Shown here in pieces: positions 30,606-40,779 of a stretch of 64,000 bases of DNA. Both the position numbers and the translations under genes were made by a program. Origin of the DNA: Candidatus Babeliales bacterium (GTDB taxonomy: Bacteria; Babelota; Babeliae; Babelales; JANWKD01); assembly GCA_963722255.1 (NCBI GenBank), contig CAVRJO010000002.1, forward strand, positions 608,001 to 672,000, read 5' to 3'. Under the pieces are notes generated by a model. The model worked only from the letters and a program-made list of their open reading frames with translations, was not told the DNA's origin and ran no database searches. The stretch's first letter is position 1, and each line of letters opens with the position of its first letter.

Positions 30606-31337
30606 TTATATAGAAATCCCTAGTTGTTCCAAACGTCGTTTTAACTGACCAGAATTTTTATAATGAATTGCAATAAGTCCCGCTTTTCGTGCTGCTTTGA
30701 CATTCTTCTTTTTATCATCAATAAAAAGAATATGTTTAAATGATCTATGCGGATATTTTTTTATAATATAACGTTTGAGGTTATTAAAATATTCAAGATC
30801 GGGCTTTTCATGATATGAGCCGTCAGCTTTTTTATTACATTTTTTCGTTTTTACGAAATAATGCGTAGCTGAAAAAAGTTGTTTGGGCAAGACATTATTA
30901 TGCAAAAGCATTCCATACGTACCTTTGGACATATTAGATGCCGCTACGAAAGCAAAACCTTGTTTTGCAACTCCCTGCAACAATGAGACTGTTTTCTTTT
31001 TTGGATGCGCAGTCCCAATAATCTTTTTAAATTCATCAGCTTTCTTTGAAAATTTTGGATAAAGCTCTTTTATTTTTTGAATAATATGCATAGGGTCATA
31101 TAGCTTGTGTTTTTTTCTCACCTTTTTGACCGTTAAAGCAAAACTCCATCGTGAAGGAACCATCAACCATTGCGTATAATTTTGTTCTCTACCTGAAATA
31201 ACGACTTCATCAATATCACATGCAATTATGGTTGTTGAAGGATCTATGGAAAAATGTTGCGATTCTTTTGTGTTAATTCCAAGCGTAGCAAGAAAAAACC
31301 AAAAATAAGCAATTAAATAAAAAACTATTCTATTCAT
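30606..31337 (-). CDS. HAD-superfamily hydrolase with N-terminal signal/TM
   Basis: ACDIDEV, SN, KPD, FIDD..NVKAARKAG. Confidence 0.75.
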   Translation of the reverse strand: MNRIVFYLIAYFWFFLATLGINTKESQHFSIDPSTTIIACDIDEVVISGREQNYTQWLMVPSRWSFALTVKKVRKKHKLYDPMHIIQKIKELYPKFSKKADEFKKIIGTAHPKKKTVSLLQGVAKQGFAFVAASNMSKGTYGMLLHNNVLPKQLFSATHYFVKTKKCNKKADGSYHEKPDLEYFNNLKRYIIKKYPHRSFKHILFIDDKKKNVKAARKAGLIAIHYKNSGQLKRRLEQLGISI

Positions 31338-31538
31338 AAAACCTCCTTTGAAACTAATAATAACCTCATAGAAAACTCTACTTTTTTATTAAAAAATTGT
31401 CAAATGGGATACTATTTTCATGAGTTTATTACTGTATAAACCCTAATTATAGCGCCAATCCTATATTTTATTTACTAATTGAATTAATTTGGTTTATACT
31501 AAGAATAGCTATCTTAGTTTGATAATAGGAGCTTTATA

Positions 31539-32624
31539 ATGAAACATTTAAAAATTTTAGCTATTTTTTTGATAGGAATAACGCAACTATCAGCACAAAA
31601 AGTTAGACGAGCTTCTAGAAGTGCGTTTGAACGTACCGGAACCTTTCTAAGGCCAAGAAGCTTAACAGAAACAGGATTCCAAACAACTAAACCTAGAATA
31701 CAAAGCTCAACAAAACTATTTACCTGCCCCAAAATGCAAAAAAGCCCTTCTCGATCATTAACCACTGAGTCTTTTAAACCTGGTGAAAAAACCACGGAAA
31801 TACCCAAAACAAGAGGTAGCCGCGTAGTTGAATATGCACGCGCTCATCCGGGTAAAGTTGTAGGTATTGTAAGCGGAATAGGTGGCTCTGTTGTTGCAAA
31901 AAAACAATTTAAAAAATATTTAGAAAAAAGTGAAACCATATATGACATAGATAAGCTTGGATACCTCGTAGGACATTATAATCCAGATAACTTACATTAT
32001 GTTTTGGAATATATTGATGAACTAGCAAAAAAAGAGATTATTAACGAACGAGATCGTAAGGGCGATACACCTGTTATGATTATCATTAAAGCCGCTTATG
32101 TGCACGATGACCATAAAGCAAAGATCTTAAAAGCACTTTTTAGTTATGGAGCTGAGCTTGGTGTAGATAATAAAAGAGCCCTTAACAAAGCACTTGGTCT
32201 TGATGAAAATATTCAAGATTTACATGCTAAAAAATTGAGTTTTCAACCGCAATTAAAAACTTTGAAAGTTCTTTTACAACATAGTGATAAAAATCTGATT
32301 AAAGATCTTTTAGACGTTTATAATAAAAAAATAACCCAACTGCAAGAAGGATTAGCGAATAGTCAAAAAACTCTTGAAGATTTACAAAAACAAAAGGGGG
32401 TCTTTGGATTCACTTTCAATAGAGAAAAACAAAATGATGAAGCAAAATTATTAGGGCTTATAGATAGCTATCAGGCTCGATTGAATCCATCACTAAAACT
32501 TAAAAAAATAGCAGAAAATAGTCTCAAAAAACAGGAAAACCGGATAAATACCACAGGCAAAGGGAAAGAAAGACACGAGCCGATTTCTCTGAAAATAGGC
32601 GATAAAGAAGGCGAAATCAGATAA
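31539..32624 (+). CDS. Secreted hypothetical protein with one ankyrin-like repeat and coiled coil
   Basis: Signal peptide; INERDRKGDTPVMIII..LFSYGA; C-terminal coiled coil. Confidence 0.6.
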   Translation: MKHLKILAIFLIGITQLSAQKVRRASRSAFERTGTFLRPRSLTETGFQTTKPRIQSSTKLFTCPKMQKSPSRSLTTESFKPGEKTTEIPKTRGSRVVEYARAHPGKVVGIVSGIGGSVVAKKQFKKYLEKSETIYDIDKLGYLVGHYNPDNLHYVLEYIDELAKKEIINERDRKGDTPVMIIIKAAYVHDDHKAKILKALFSYGAELGVDNKRALNKALGLDENIQDLHAKKLSFQPQLKTLKVLLQHSDKNLIKDLLDVYNKKITQLQEGLANSQKTLEDLQKQKGVFGFTFNREKQNDEAKLLGLIDSYQARLNPSLKLKKIAENSLKKQENRINTTGKGKERHEPISLKIGDKEGEIR

Positions 32625-32645
32625 TATTTTTTTGGGCTGCACCTA

Positions 32646-32802
32646 GGTTCTGTTGAGTTTTTGATTTATCTATGGCAATGCAGTATAAATGTCATTCTGA
32701 GCGTAGCGTAGGAATCCAGGCTTATAAAAATTGACCTAATACTATTTAATAATGACGCTGCTTTACAAAAAAACTTATATTTTTTAAAAACTCAACAGAA
32801 CC
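32646..32802. mobile_element. MITE with IS5-like terminal inverted repeats
   Basis: Perfect 19-bp inverted repeat TAGGTTCTGTTGAGTTTTT (32644-32662 / 32786-32804, including the flanking TA); no internal ORF. Confidence 0.75.
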
Positions 32803-32830
32803 TAAATAAATTAACTCCAAATAAAGAATA

Positions 32831-33226
32831 TTACTGAACGCTAGGACATAAAGGACCCAATTCAGGTTTTAACTCTGCCATAGGCTTGGTATTACAACCA
32901 TTTTTTTCATAATTATTTTTATCTCGTGGCTTACAAAAACGTATACCTGTTGCTGGATCTGTCTGAGGTGTATCATCAGCTTTACGTGCACGATAACCAC
33001 AAAGATCAGAACAGTAGCATTGGCACGGCTCAACAAGTTCAACAACTACTGGTGTTTGTTCTGTAGTACTTGCTGAAGCTGGTTCCAAATTTTGTGGTAC
33101 AGATGTTGGCTGAGAAACATAAATAACGCCCGGTTGCATATCTTGAATATTTACTGGCATTTCTGCAGCATAACTCAATCCAAATGCAGCACAACCAAAG
33201 GCTAACAAATATGAACGTAGAAACAT
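32831..33226 (-). CDS. Secreted Cys-rich hypothetical protein
   Basis: GGGGGAAG RBS; signal peptide; P/T/Q linker; CQCYCSDLCG..FC..GC..C. Confidence 0.7.
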   Translation of the reverse strand: MFLRSYLLAFGCAAFGLSYAAEMPVNIQDMQPGVIYVSQPTSVPQNLEPASASTTEQTPVVVELVEPCQCYCSDLCGYRARKADDTPQTDPATGIRFCKPRDKNNYEKNGCNTKPMAELKPELGPLCPSVQ

Positions 33227-33331
33227 GCTCTTCCCCCCTTCAAAAAAGTTTATTACGTGTACTAAATTCATTACTACACTAATACTATTTAAAAAAGATA
33301 ATCAAGACTTTCTAATTTCATATCTTAATAA

Positions 33332-33366
33332 AGCAGCCTTTCAAGCAAAACACGAGTAAGGCTGCT
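33332..33366 (-). terminator. Probable terminator hairpin
   Basis: AGCAGCCTT/AAGGCTGCT stem just after the stop of 33381-33587. Confidence 0.45.
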
Positions 33367-33380
33367 CACAATCTCTGGAA

Positions 33381-33587
33381 CTACTTTTTACTTTTACGAA
33401 GCATAGGTAAACCGGTTTTAGCATTTTCCATAAGCTCATAACCAGCAGGAAGAGCATTTAAAGCCCCAGCACCGGCTTCGCCTGCAAAGTAGTAAATTTT
33501 TTGCAAACGATCACCAGCAAGTTTTACTTCTTTTGAATGTAAATAGTAAGTTTTTCCACTTTTTTTAGATTTAACGCTATAGGCCAT
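33381..33587 (-). CDS. Small basic conserved hypothetical protein
   Basis: AAGGAG RBS; MAYSVKSKKSGKTYYLHSKEVKL..IYYFA..PAGY..ENAKTGLPMLRK resembles a widespread uncharacterised family. Confidence 0.8.
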   Translation of the reverse strand: MAYSVKSKKSGKTYYLHSKEVKLAGDRLQKIYYFAGEAGAGALNALPAGYELMENAKTGLPMLRKSKK

Positions 33588-33827
33588 TGGGTTTAAACTC
33601 CTTATAAACGTGTTAATAAAATACAATTTTTATTTCTCAATAAAGGTAATGAATTAATGGTAGAAAATCTAGCCTTTAGCAAATTTAGATAAATATATGC
33701 TTTCTAATCAACTATTTTTTATAATTTTAACAACTAAAGACGAGAATATCTCAACAAAAAAGTTACAATCTATACAATTTGACTATTTGAATTTTACAAA
33801 TCGAACTAAAAATGGTATAGTGGGACC

Positions 33828-35096
33828 ATGGAAAAGAATAAAAAGACTGATTTACCCTCATTACCCGGAGTTTATCTTTTTAAAAAAGATACTGAAATAC
33901 TCTATATTGGAAAGGCTAAATGTCTTAAAAAAAGAGTTGCCTCTTATTTTTCTAAACAAGGAACAGATTGGAAAATAGATTCTCTCATTGAGGAACATAC
34001 CCACATCGATCATATTATTACCCATAATGAAACCGAAGCTCTTCTCCTTGAAGCTCAATTAATTAGAGATAATAAACCAAAATTCAATGTTCTCCTTAAA
34101 AGTGGTCAGCCATTTGTTTATATTCATTTTTCCAATGAAGAGCCTCGCCAAATCAGTGTCACTCGCAACAAAAAGACTAAAGGAATCTATTTTGGTCCTT
34201 TTTTACATAAAAAACAGGCTCGAAGCGCTTTTTCTTATATCATAAAAACATTTCGACTACATATGTGCAAAACTAAGATTGAAAATGGCTGCTTAAACTA
34301 CCATCTAGGGTTATGCGCCGGTAATTGCATTCCTAACTTTGATCTTACCGATTATAAGATTCGCGTGGAACTTGCTCTCGATTTATTACAAGGCCACTAT
34401 AATCAATCGCTTAAAAAACTCTCTCAACAAATAAAAATTTATACGCAACAGCTGGAATTTGAAAAGGCTCGCACCTTACATTATTATCTTACTAACCTTG
34501 ATACCATTTTTACGACTCTTCAAACACGCTTTTCTGAAAAAAAATATGAACGCGAAATATTTTTAACGACTTCACCTATTGATAAGAAGCTTCTAGAGGA
34601 TCCTCACATTGGTATAAAGATTCAGCAACTTTTATCATTACAAAAAGCACCTCAAACTATTGATTGTTTTGATATTTCACACTTTCAAAGCAATTCAATG
34701 GTTGGCTCATCAGTACGATTCAATAAAGGAATACCTGATAAAAATAAGTTTAGACGTTTTAAAATTAAAACTTTAACGGAACAAAATGATTACGCTGCCT
34801 TACAAGAAATCGTTATACGCCGCTATAAAAATCTTGAAGACCTACCCGATCTCATGCTCATTGATGGAGGCAAAGGACAATTAAATGCCATTACAAAGCT
34901 TTTTCCTCAATGCCAAATTATAAGTCTCGCAAAAAAAGAAGAGCTCGTTTTTGCTCCGCATCTTGCTGAACCAATTCCACTTAATGTAGCAACAGATGCA
35001 GGAAAATTATTGATTGCTCTGCGTGATTATGCTCATCATTTTGCCATTAGCTACCACAAACTACTCCGTACAAAAAACTTCAATGTAAACAATTAA
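33828..35096 (+). CDS. uvrC: Excinuclease ABC subunit C (short form)
   Basis: GIY-YIG (PGVYLF..YIGKAK..RV), EALLLE, UVR segment, IDCFDISH, NDYAAL, IDGGKGQ, LRDYAHHFAI. Confidence 0.93.
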   Translation: MEKNKKTDLPSLPGVYLFKKDTEILYIGKAKCLKKRVASYFSKQGTDWKIDSLIEEHTHIDHIITHNETEALLLEAQLIRDNKPKFNVLLKSGQPFVYIHFSNEEPRQISVTRNKKTKGIYFGPFLHKKQARSAFSYIIKTFRLHMCKTKIENGCLNYHLGLCAGNCIPNFDLTDYKIRVELALDLLQGHYNQSLKKLSQQIKIYTQQLEFEKARTLHYYLTNLDTIFTTLQTRFSEKKYEREIFLTTSPIDKKLLEDPHIGIKIQQLLSLQKAPQTIDCFDISHFQSNSMVGSSVRFNKGIPDKNKFRRFKIKTLTEQNDYAALQEIVIRRYKNLEDLPDLMLIDGGKGQLNAITKLFPQCQIISLAKKEELVFAPHLAEPIPLNVATDAGKLLIALRDYAHHFAISYHKLLRTKNFNVNN

Positions 35097-35100
35097 AAAG

Positions 35101-36456
35101 CTACTTAAAATGGATTTCACGCATGTGATAAAAAACTCCCGAAAGGGAATCTGATCGCCACGAAGGACAATAGGGACACTCATATACCCCTTGTTCCACT
35201 GCATGACATGTTTTAATATGATAAATGGTAGAATCTTTTCCACTATTATGTTTTTTCTTACATGAACAGGTAATGCGATCACCCCTCATTGTCCTACGCC
35301 CTAACGCTTCGCCATTTTTATTACAATCATCAGTTATATGCTTGGATAAATCTTCCTGAGTAGTAAATAGTTTTAAACAACTACAACTATATAAGAGCTG
35401 ATGGTCATCACTCAAATGATGAATCAAATCAACTGTGCGTGAATAAGATTGTTCGCATAAATCACATCTATAGTTAGAACTACTACAATGTTTTTTCCTA
35501 ATATGGTTAAATAAAGTATTATATTTTTTACAGTTACGACAACAATTATGCATTAGTAAAAGATTGCAATTTGCTTTATGCTCATTAAAATACAGTTCAC
35601 TCGTAAATATCTTATTACAGCAAACATAAAATAAAAAATGATCTACACTTAGATGTTTGATCAGCTCATCTGGTAACTCAAATGAAGCCTTGCAAGAAAT
35701 ACAACTGTATTTTTCATTTTCATTGTGCATTTCTTTAATATGACTGAGTAATCTGTTATAGGATTTAATAATAGCACAACAGAAAGATTTCTTAGTACGT
35801 TTACTTTCTACTCGCATTGCTTGCTTTTGAATTCCTGACGCTATATCTATAAAATCAAATTTTCGTTTATTGCCAATTTCTTTATTACAATCATCTGAAG
35901 GTAAATGAGTATAATCATGAGATTTATGAGATGAAATTTTCTTCATGAGCTGATCAAATTTTTCATTGTATGATGCATGTGGATATATAATAAGTTGTGA
36001 TTTAACACGAATCATCAAATCCAAAACATCTGTTTCTTTTTGTGCATCAGTTAAATGAAAAGCATAATTGCAGGCACATTCATACCACATTTCGACTAAT
36101 TTTTCTTTGGACTCTTTCATATCCTCTTGAAGCAAAAGACCGTTAATAATCGTTAAAAGAGGCATTACATAAAATACTTTTAAGGAATCATTAACTTTTT
36201 GTTCACCATTTTCTAAAAATGTCTTTAAAGTTGAACAGCATTCTTCTAGAAATGGTATAGTTGCCTCTTTCTTTACACTATCTTCTATAGTATTAGAAGA
36301 AGCATACATACTAGAGAAACCAACCATAAGATTTAAAAATGATGAAGTTTCACCATGATTAATTCTTTCACTTACTGGAAAATCAAAAGAACTAGTTTCC
36401 ATACAAAACATCATAGTCACATCAAACAACATCAATAAAAACAGAATTTTTTTCAT
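35101..36456 (-). CDS. Secreted C2H2 zinc-finger protein
   Basis: Signal peptide; about eight C2H2/C2HC-like units, e.g. CISC..F..LIKHLSVDH, CDLC..Y..LIHHLSDDH, CPYC..VFYHMREIH. Confidence 0.85.
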   Translation of the reverse strand: MKKILFLLMLFDVTMMFCMETSSFDFPVSERINHGETSSFLNLMVGFSSMYASSNTIEDSVKKEATIPFLEECCSTLKTFLENGEQKVNDSLKVFYVMPLLTIINGLLLQEDMKESKEKLVEMWYECACNYAFHLTDAQKETDVLDLMIRVKSQLIIYPHASYNEKFDQLMKKISSHKSHDYTHLPSDDCNKEIGNKRKFDFIDIASGIQKQAMRVESKRTKKSFCCAIIKSYNRLLSHIKEMHNENEKYSCISCKASFELPDELIKHLSVDHFLFYVCCNKIFTSELYFNEHKANCNLLLMHNCCRNCKKYNTLFNHIRKKHCSSSNYRCDLCEQSYSRTVDLIHHLSDDHQLLYSCSCLKLFTTQEDLSKHITDDCNKNGEALGRRTMRGDRITCSCKKKHNSGKDSTIYHIKTCHAVEQGVYECPYCPSWRSDSLSGVFYHMREIHFK

Positions 36457-36812
36457 AGAGCATTTACCTAGTAGCTTTGTTTATTTTTTTAAATTTTCTT
36501 TTCTTGGGCAATGGTTTTGAACAGGATTCTCGATGAATTTTAAAATCAGCCGATAACCACAAACGATTGCAACAATTATATATCCCATGCCTTTTCCAGT
36601 GATATATAACACGAGCTCGACGCTTATATTTTTTTGTGCAATTATCGATAAAACATCGATACCTTCCATCAACTTCATGATAGGCTGACACATGTCTAAA
36701 TATAGTACTGTATACTCCTCTTAATTTTCTTTTACAACCACAATTAAAATGAAACTTTGGGTTTTTTATTTTTACATCCGTTGCTTTCTTATCTTTTTTT
36801 ATCAATTTTATT

Positions 36813-37724
36813 AGACCTCTTCTGAAACTCATTTAACCAACTCAAAATTATAGATACCCGCAATAAGATTGAAACGGAGCCCAAATCTTTTTCGTCTATT
36901 GCGATATTTGTCAGCAACTATTTTAAAACGTTTTATCATACCAATTACATGCTCATTTAAAACACGCTGGCTTGATAATTCTCTATTTCGTTGTTTATCT
37001 GTTAATGTTAAAGGATTTTTTTTACTTTTTTTCTTTGGCATAGAAGTATTATTATGAATTTTTTTTAGACCTAAATAACCTGTATCTGTAAGAACTTCAG
37101 TAGATTTTGCGAAGTGAATTTTTGAAGTTTTGAAGAGTTTAAAATCATGTCGTTTACCATCTGAAAAATTTGTACAAACAATTTCTTTTGTTTTTTTGTT
37201 TACAACTACCTGAGTTTTTATAGTATGACGTTTTTTCTTACCGGAATAAAATTTCCGCTGTTTTTTTTAGGACGTTCAATAGGACTTTCAGTTGCATCTA
37301 TTAAAATAACTTCAAATTCATTATCGCTTTTCAGTAGCGCTTTTCTGCCAGGCAATCTAAATTCTTTGCTTTGAATAAGAGTATTTTCAACCCATCGTAT
37401 TGCTTCAAATGCATTGCTTTCAGCAATGCCATAACTTGTCGCAATATGAAGATACGTTCGATATTCCCGTATATATTCAAGAGTCATCAAAAGCATTTCT
37501 TCAATACTGAGCTTATTTGGACGTCCTCCCTTTGCCTTTTTTATTTTTTGCGCTTCTTTTAAAATAGAAACCAATACTTCAAATGTTTTTCGTTTTACTC
37601 CAGTTACTCTTCTAAAGTTTTTTTCTGATGAAATTTTTAATTTTTCATACTTCATAATCGCTTACCCTTTTTTTATAAATCGATTATGATTATGCCATAA
37701 AATTTATAGTTTCAGAAGAGGTCT
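36813..37724 (-). mobile_element. IS5-family (ISL2-like) insertion sequence, 912 bp
   Basis: TIRs AGACCTCTTCTGAAACT / AGTTTCAGAAGAGGTCT; ATT target duplication at 36810-36812 and 37725-37727. Confidence 0.93.
36829..37655 (-). CDS. IS5-family transposase, two frames joined by a -1 frameshift
   Basis: HTH part (GGRPNKL..LEYIREY, IDATE..IERPK), then after AAAAAAAAC at 37260-37268 the -1 frame reads KQRKFYSGKKKRHTIK..HDF..DTGY..EHVIG.IKRF. Confidence 0.88.
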
Positions 37725-38250
37725 ATTTTTTTTTGGGGTTTATTTTTTAATTTTTTTTCTTTTGATCTGATTTTTTTCCGTTTATGAGACACTTTTTGTT
37801 CTTTATTTTTTACCGCACAGAATGAAAGAACTCTCTCAAATGATTCTTCAAGCACACTAGCATTATAATCACCCGGATTTTTTAGAAGTTGACTATAAAG
37901 ATAAAGAGTTTTATTACATGCGCATGCTATGTCTAGTAGTTCTGTTCTTTTAGAGTTTATTGCGTCATGTATTTCTGCCTCGCAATCCGTAATAATGTAC
38001 ATAATCAAATCGTCCAAACTAGTATAAGGTCGATTCAGCAACATCATACCTTTACTGACAATTATCGATTCAAACAAATCATTTTGATCTTCTTGCATAC
38101 CCATTGCGTTATTAAGGCATACTAATAATAAAAATAGAACAGAATACAATTTCATATCTAATGCCAATCAATGATATTTGACCCAACAGTTACTATCTTT
38201 TACACTAAAGATAAAGAATACACTAACCGTAATTCGAAATTAAGATCATT

Positions 38251-38952
38251 ATGATTAATTTAAGAAACATTGAACATATAATATATATAATAACATTCAT
38301 TATTGCTTATTTAATTACAGAAACAGCCAGTGGCTGGTTTCGTGCCTATGCCGCAAAAAAAATGGGAGATGATACTCCTGAAGCATTAGGATTTTTGAGT
38401 CTTAACCCACTTGTACATATCGATTGGGTAGGACTTATTTTTCTAATCTATTTTGGGTTTGGTTGGGGCCGAGCTGCACCTATAACTCCTGAGAATATTA
38501 ATGAACCCCATAAAAACTTAAAACTTGCTTGTGCATATTTTTCAGACACCTTTGCCCATTTGATTCTTGCACTTTGTGCTTTCGTTACACTTGTGAGCAT
38601 ATTCGGAACAAAAATAATTGATATCGCAGAACCAATGTTTTATTATAGAAACATTTCATTGCCATATCTAACGCATTATTATCCTCATTGCGCTTCGTCA
38701 ATTTTAACCATAGCAGTTATTTTAGTTGCTATAATGTACCTTTGTATTATTTTGGCAGTTCTTAACTTTATTGTTAATGGTTTTAGATTAATAATGTATA
38801 TCTTCTTCAATGAATCATTTGGTCTTTGGTATATAGATCTTATTGTTCCTATTATGCTTATTTTATTGTTTGCAAACTCGTTACAAGGGTATGTTATTAG
38901 AGGGATCACATTCATTGCCCACTATATAGCGTATTTTTTAGGTATTTTTTAA
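38251..38952 (+). CDS. Site-2 protease (M50) family homologue, apparently catalytically dead
   Basis: MGDDTP..GFLSLNPLVHID and FGWG..P signature present; HExxH replaced by TETAS; the NxxPxxxLDG motif is missing. Confidence 0.7.
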   Translation: MINLRNIEHIIYIITFIIAYLITETASGWFRAYAAKKMGDDTPEALGFLSLNPLVHIDWVGLIFLIYFGFGWGRAAPITPENINEPHKNLKLACAYFSDTFAHLILALCAFVTLVSIFGTKIIDIAEPMFYYRNISLPYLTHYYPHCASSILTIAVILVAIMYLCIILAVLNFIVNGFRLIMYIFFNESFGLWYIDLIVPIMLILLFANSLQGYVIRGITFIAHYIAYFLGIF

Positions 38953-38964
38953 CTGAGAATATTC

Positions 38965-40167
38965 ATGAAACAATCAATCGATAAAGCTCTTGAAATTATC
39001 AAAGACGGCACAGCCTCTCTAATTAATGAAACAGAGTTGAGATCTAAGTTAGAACAGTCAAGAAAATTAAAAATTAAACTTGGAGCTGATCCAACAGCAC
39101 CAGATCTTCATCTTGGACATGCGGTAGTACTTTCTAAATTGAAAGATTTTCAAGATTTAGGACATGAAATTATTTTTTTAATCGGTGATTTTACTGCACG
39201 CATTGGCGATCCAACGGGAAAATCAAAAACAAGACCTCCTTTAACTGAAAAACAAATTGCGTATAACACTGCAACTTATTTTGAACAAGTAGGCAAAATT
39301 CTTGATCCAGCTTCAATAAAAATTCGTTATAATTCTGAACTGCTTGAACCATTAAAGGCGCAACAAATCATAGAATTATGCGCACATGTCACTCTCGCTC
39401 GCCTTATTGAAAGAGAAGATTTTAAAAATCGTATTGAAAAACATGAACCAATAGGGTTTCATGAACTATTATATCCATTATTCCAAGGATATGATTCTGT
39501 TGCACTTGAAGCTGATGTTGAGATTGGTGGTACTGATCAAACATTTAATTTATTAATGGGAAGAGAATTACAAAATCATTATGGTCAAGAGCCACAAATT
39601 GTTATCACCATGCCCCTACTGGAAGGTCTTGATGGTGTTGCAAAAATGTCAAAATCTCTGGGCAACTATATTGGATTAACTGAAGCTCCCGAACAAGCTT
39701 ACGGAAAACTCATGTCTATTTCTGACTTGCTTATGTGGCGATATTTTGAACTTTTATTACGCACGCCAAAACAAGAAATAAGTAGTTTGCAAGAACGAGT
39801 AGCATCAGGAGCTACACATCCCATGGAGCTAAAAAAAGAGATGGCACATGCTATTATTGCCAAATTCTGGTCTAAAGAAGAAGCAGATTTTGCGCAACAA
39901 CAGTTTGAAGCTCTCTTTCAAAAGAAAGATTATTCTCAAGCAACACCAATAACATTGCCAATAACTACACCATCGCCTATCTGGATTGTTGATTTGTTGA
40001 AACTGTTAGATGCAATAAAAAGTTCATCTGAAGCTCGAAGATTAGTTGAGGCTGGGGCTGTTAAAGTTAACGATGTTCCAATTACCGATTTTAAAGCACA
40101 TATTGATTGGCACGATGGAACGATCGTTAAAGTTGGAAAACATCGCATATATCAACTAAAAAAATAA
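38965..40167 (+). CDS. tyrS: Tyrosine--tRNA ligase
   Basis: [32 protein letters not shown]-terminal S4 domain. Confidence 0.98.
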   Translation: MKQSIDKALEIIKDGTASLINETELRSKLEQSRKLKIKLGADPTAPDLHLGHAVVLSKLKDFQDLGHEIIFLIGDFTARIGDPTGKSKTRPPLTEKQIAYNTATYFEQVGKILDPASIKIRYNSELLEPLKAQQIIELCAHVTLARLIEREDFKNRIEKHEPIGFHELLYPLFQGYDSVALEADVEIGGTDQTFNLLMGRELQNHYGQEPQIVITMPLLEGLDGVAKMSKSLGNYIGLTEAPEQAYGKLMSISDLLMWRYFELLLRTPKQEISSLQERVASGATHPMELKKEMAHAIIAKFWSKEEADFAQQQFEALFQKKDYSQATPITLPITTPSPIWIVDLLKLLDAIKSSSEARRLVEAGAVKVNDVPITDFKAHIDWHDGTIVKVGKHRIYQLKK

Positions 40168-40191
40168 CTAATAATCAAAAAAAATTTTTAA

Positions 40192-40698
40192 TTAATTCTT
40201 AAATACCTTTATTTTTTCAAGCAATTCAGAATTAACCCATGTTTTGCAACGTACTTCAATCATTTGGTTATTTTCTGATTCTTGAACAGTTATTGTTGTT
40301 GAATCATCAAGCATCAATTCACGCCCCAATTTATAATGATGAAGAAAAGAGCTCATTATCTTATGCAAATTATTGTCAATAGAAATACGCCTTTTCCAGC
40401 CCGTAGGAATTGATACTGAACTTTGCTGCATCAAATTATCCGAATAATAATTTTTAGTTTCTAAAATAACACAATCATCATATATTTCAGTCATGCTAAT
40501 CGTTCCAAAATATGTTTCTACATCCTGAAATTCTTTTGCCCCATTCCTTTGTGCTATTGCATTGCCTGCAAGATACATTTGAACAATATATACACTTGAT
40601 TCTTCACCTAAATCATCATAACAAGGACTTTCGCCCTGACCTCTTATTGAACCAACAGCCATCAAACTTATACAGAAAAACATTAAATATATATTCAT
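40192..40698 (-). CDS. Secreted hypothetical protein
   Basis: 168-aa ORF with signal peptide ..GSIRG. Confidence 0.6.
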   Translation of the reverse strand: MNIYLMFFCISLMAVGSIRGQGESPCYDDLGEESSVYIVQMYLAGNAIAQRNGAKEFQDVETYFGTISMTEIYDDCVILETKNYYSDNLMQQSSVSIPTGWKRRISIDNNLHKIMSSFLHHYKLGRELMLDDSTTITVQESENNQMIEVRCKTWVNSELLEKIKVFKN

Positions 40699-40779
40699 AA
40701 CAAACCGATCAAATTATAATAATTGTAAAAATATTCCTATTTGTAGGATATAAAACAGTTAAATTATTGGCAATATTTA

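Larger units (their letters stand above)
36464..38167 (-). pseudogene. Second secreted zinc-finger protein gene, interrupted by an IS
   Basis: Removing IS 36813-37724 plus one ATT copy fuses ..KNKPQKKI to KLIKKDKK.. in frame (about 260 aa). The C-terminal half has CGC..HVSAYH, CFIDNC..HWKRH and CCNR..H..C. Confidence 0.88.

Noticed and set aside
36829..37041. 70-aa ORF as a separate gene
   Set aside because: C-terminal part of the frameshifted IS5 transposase.
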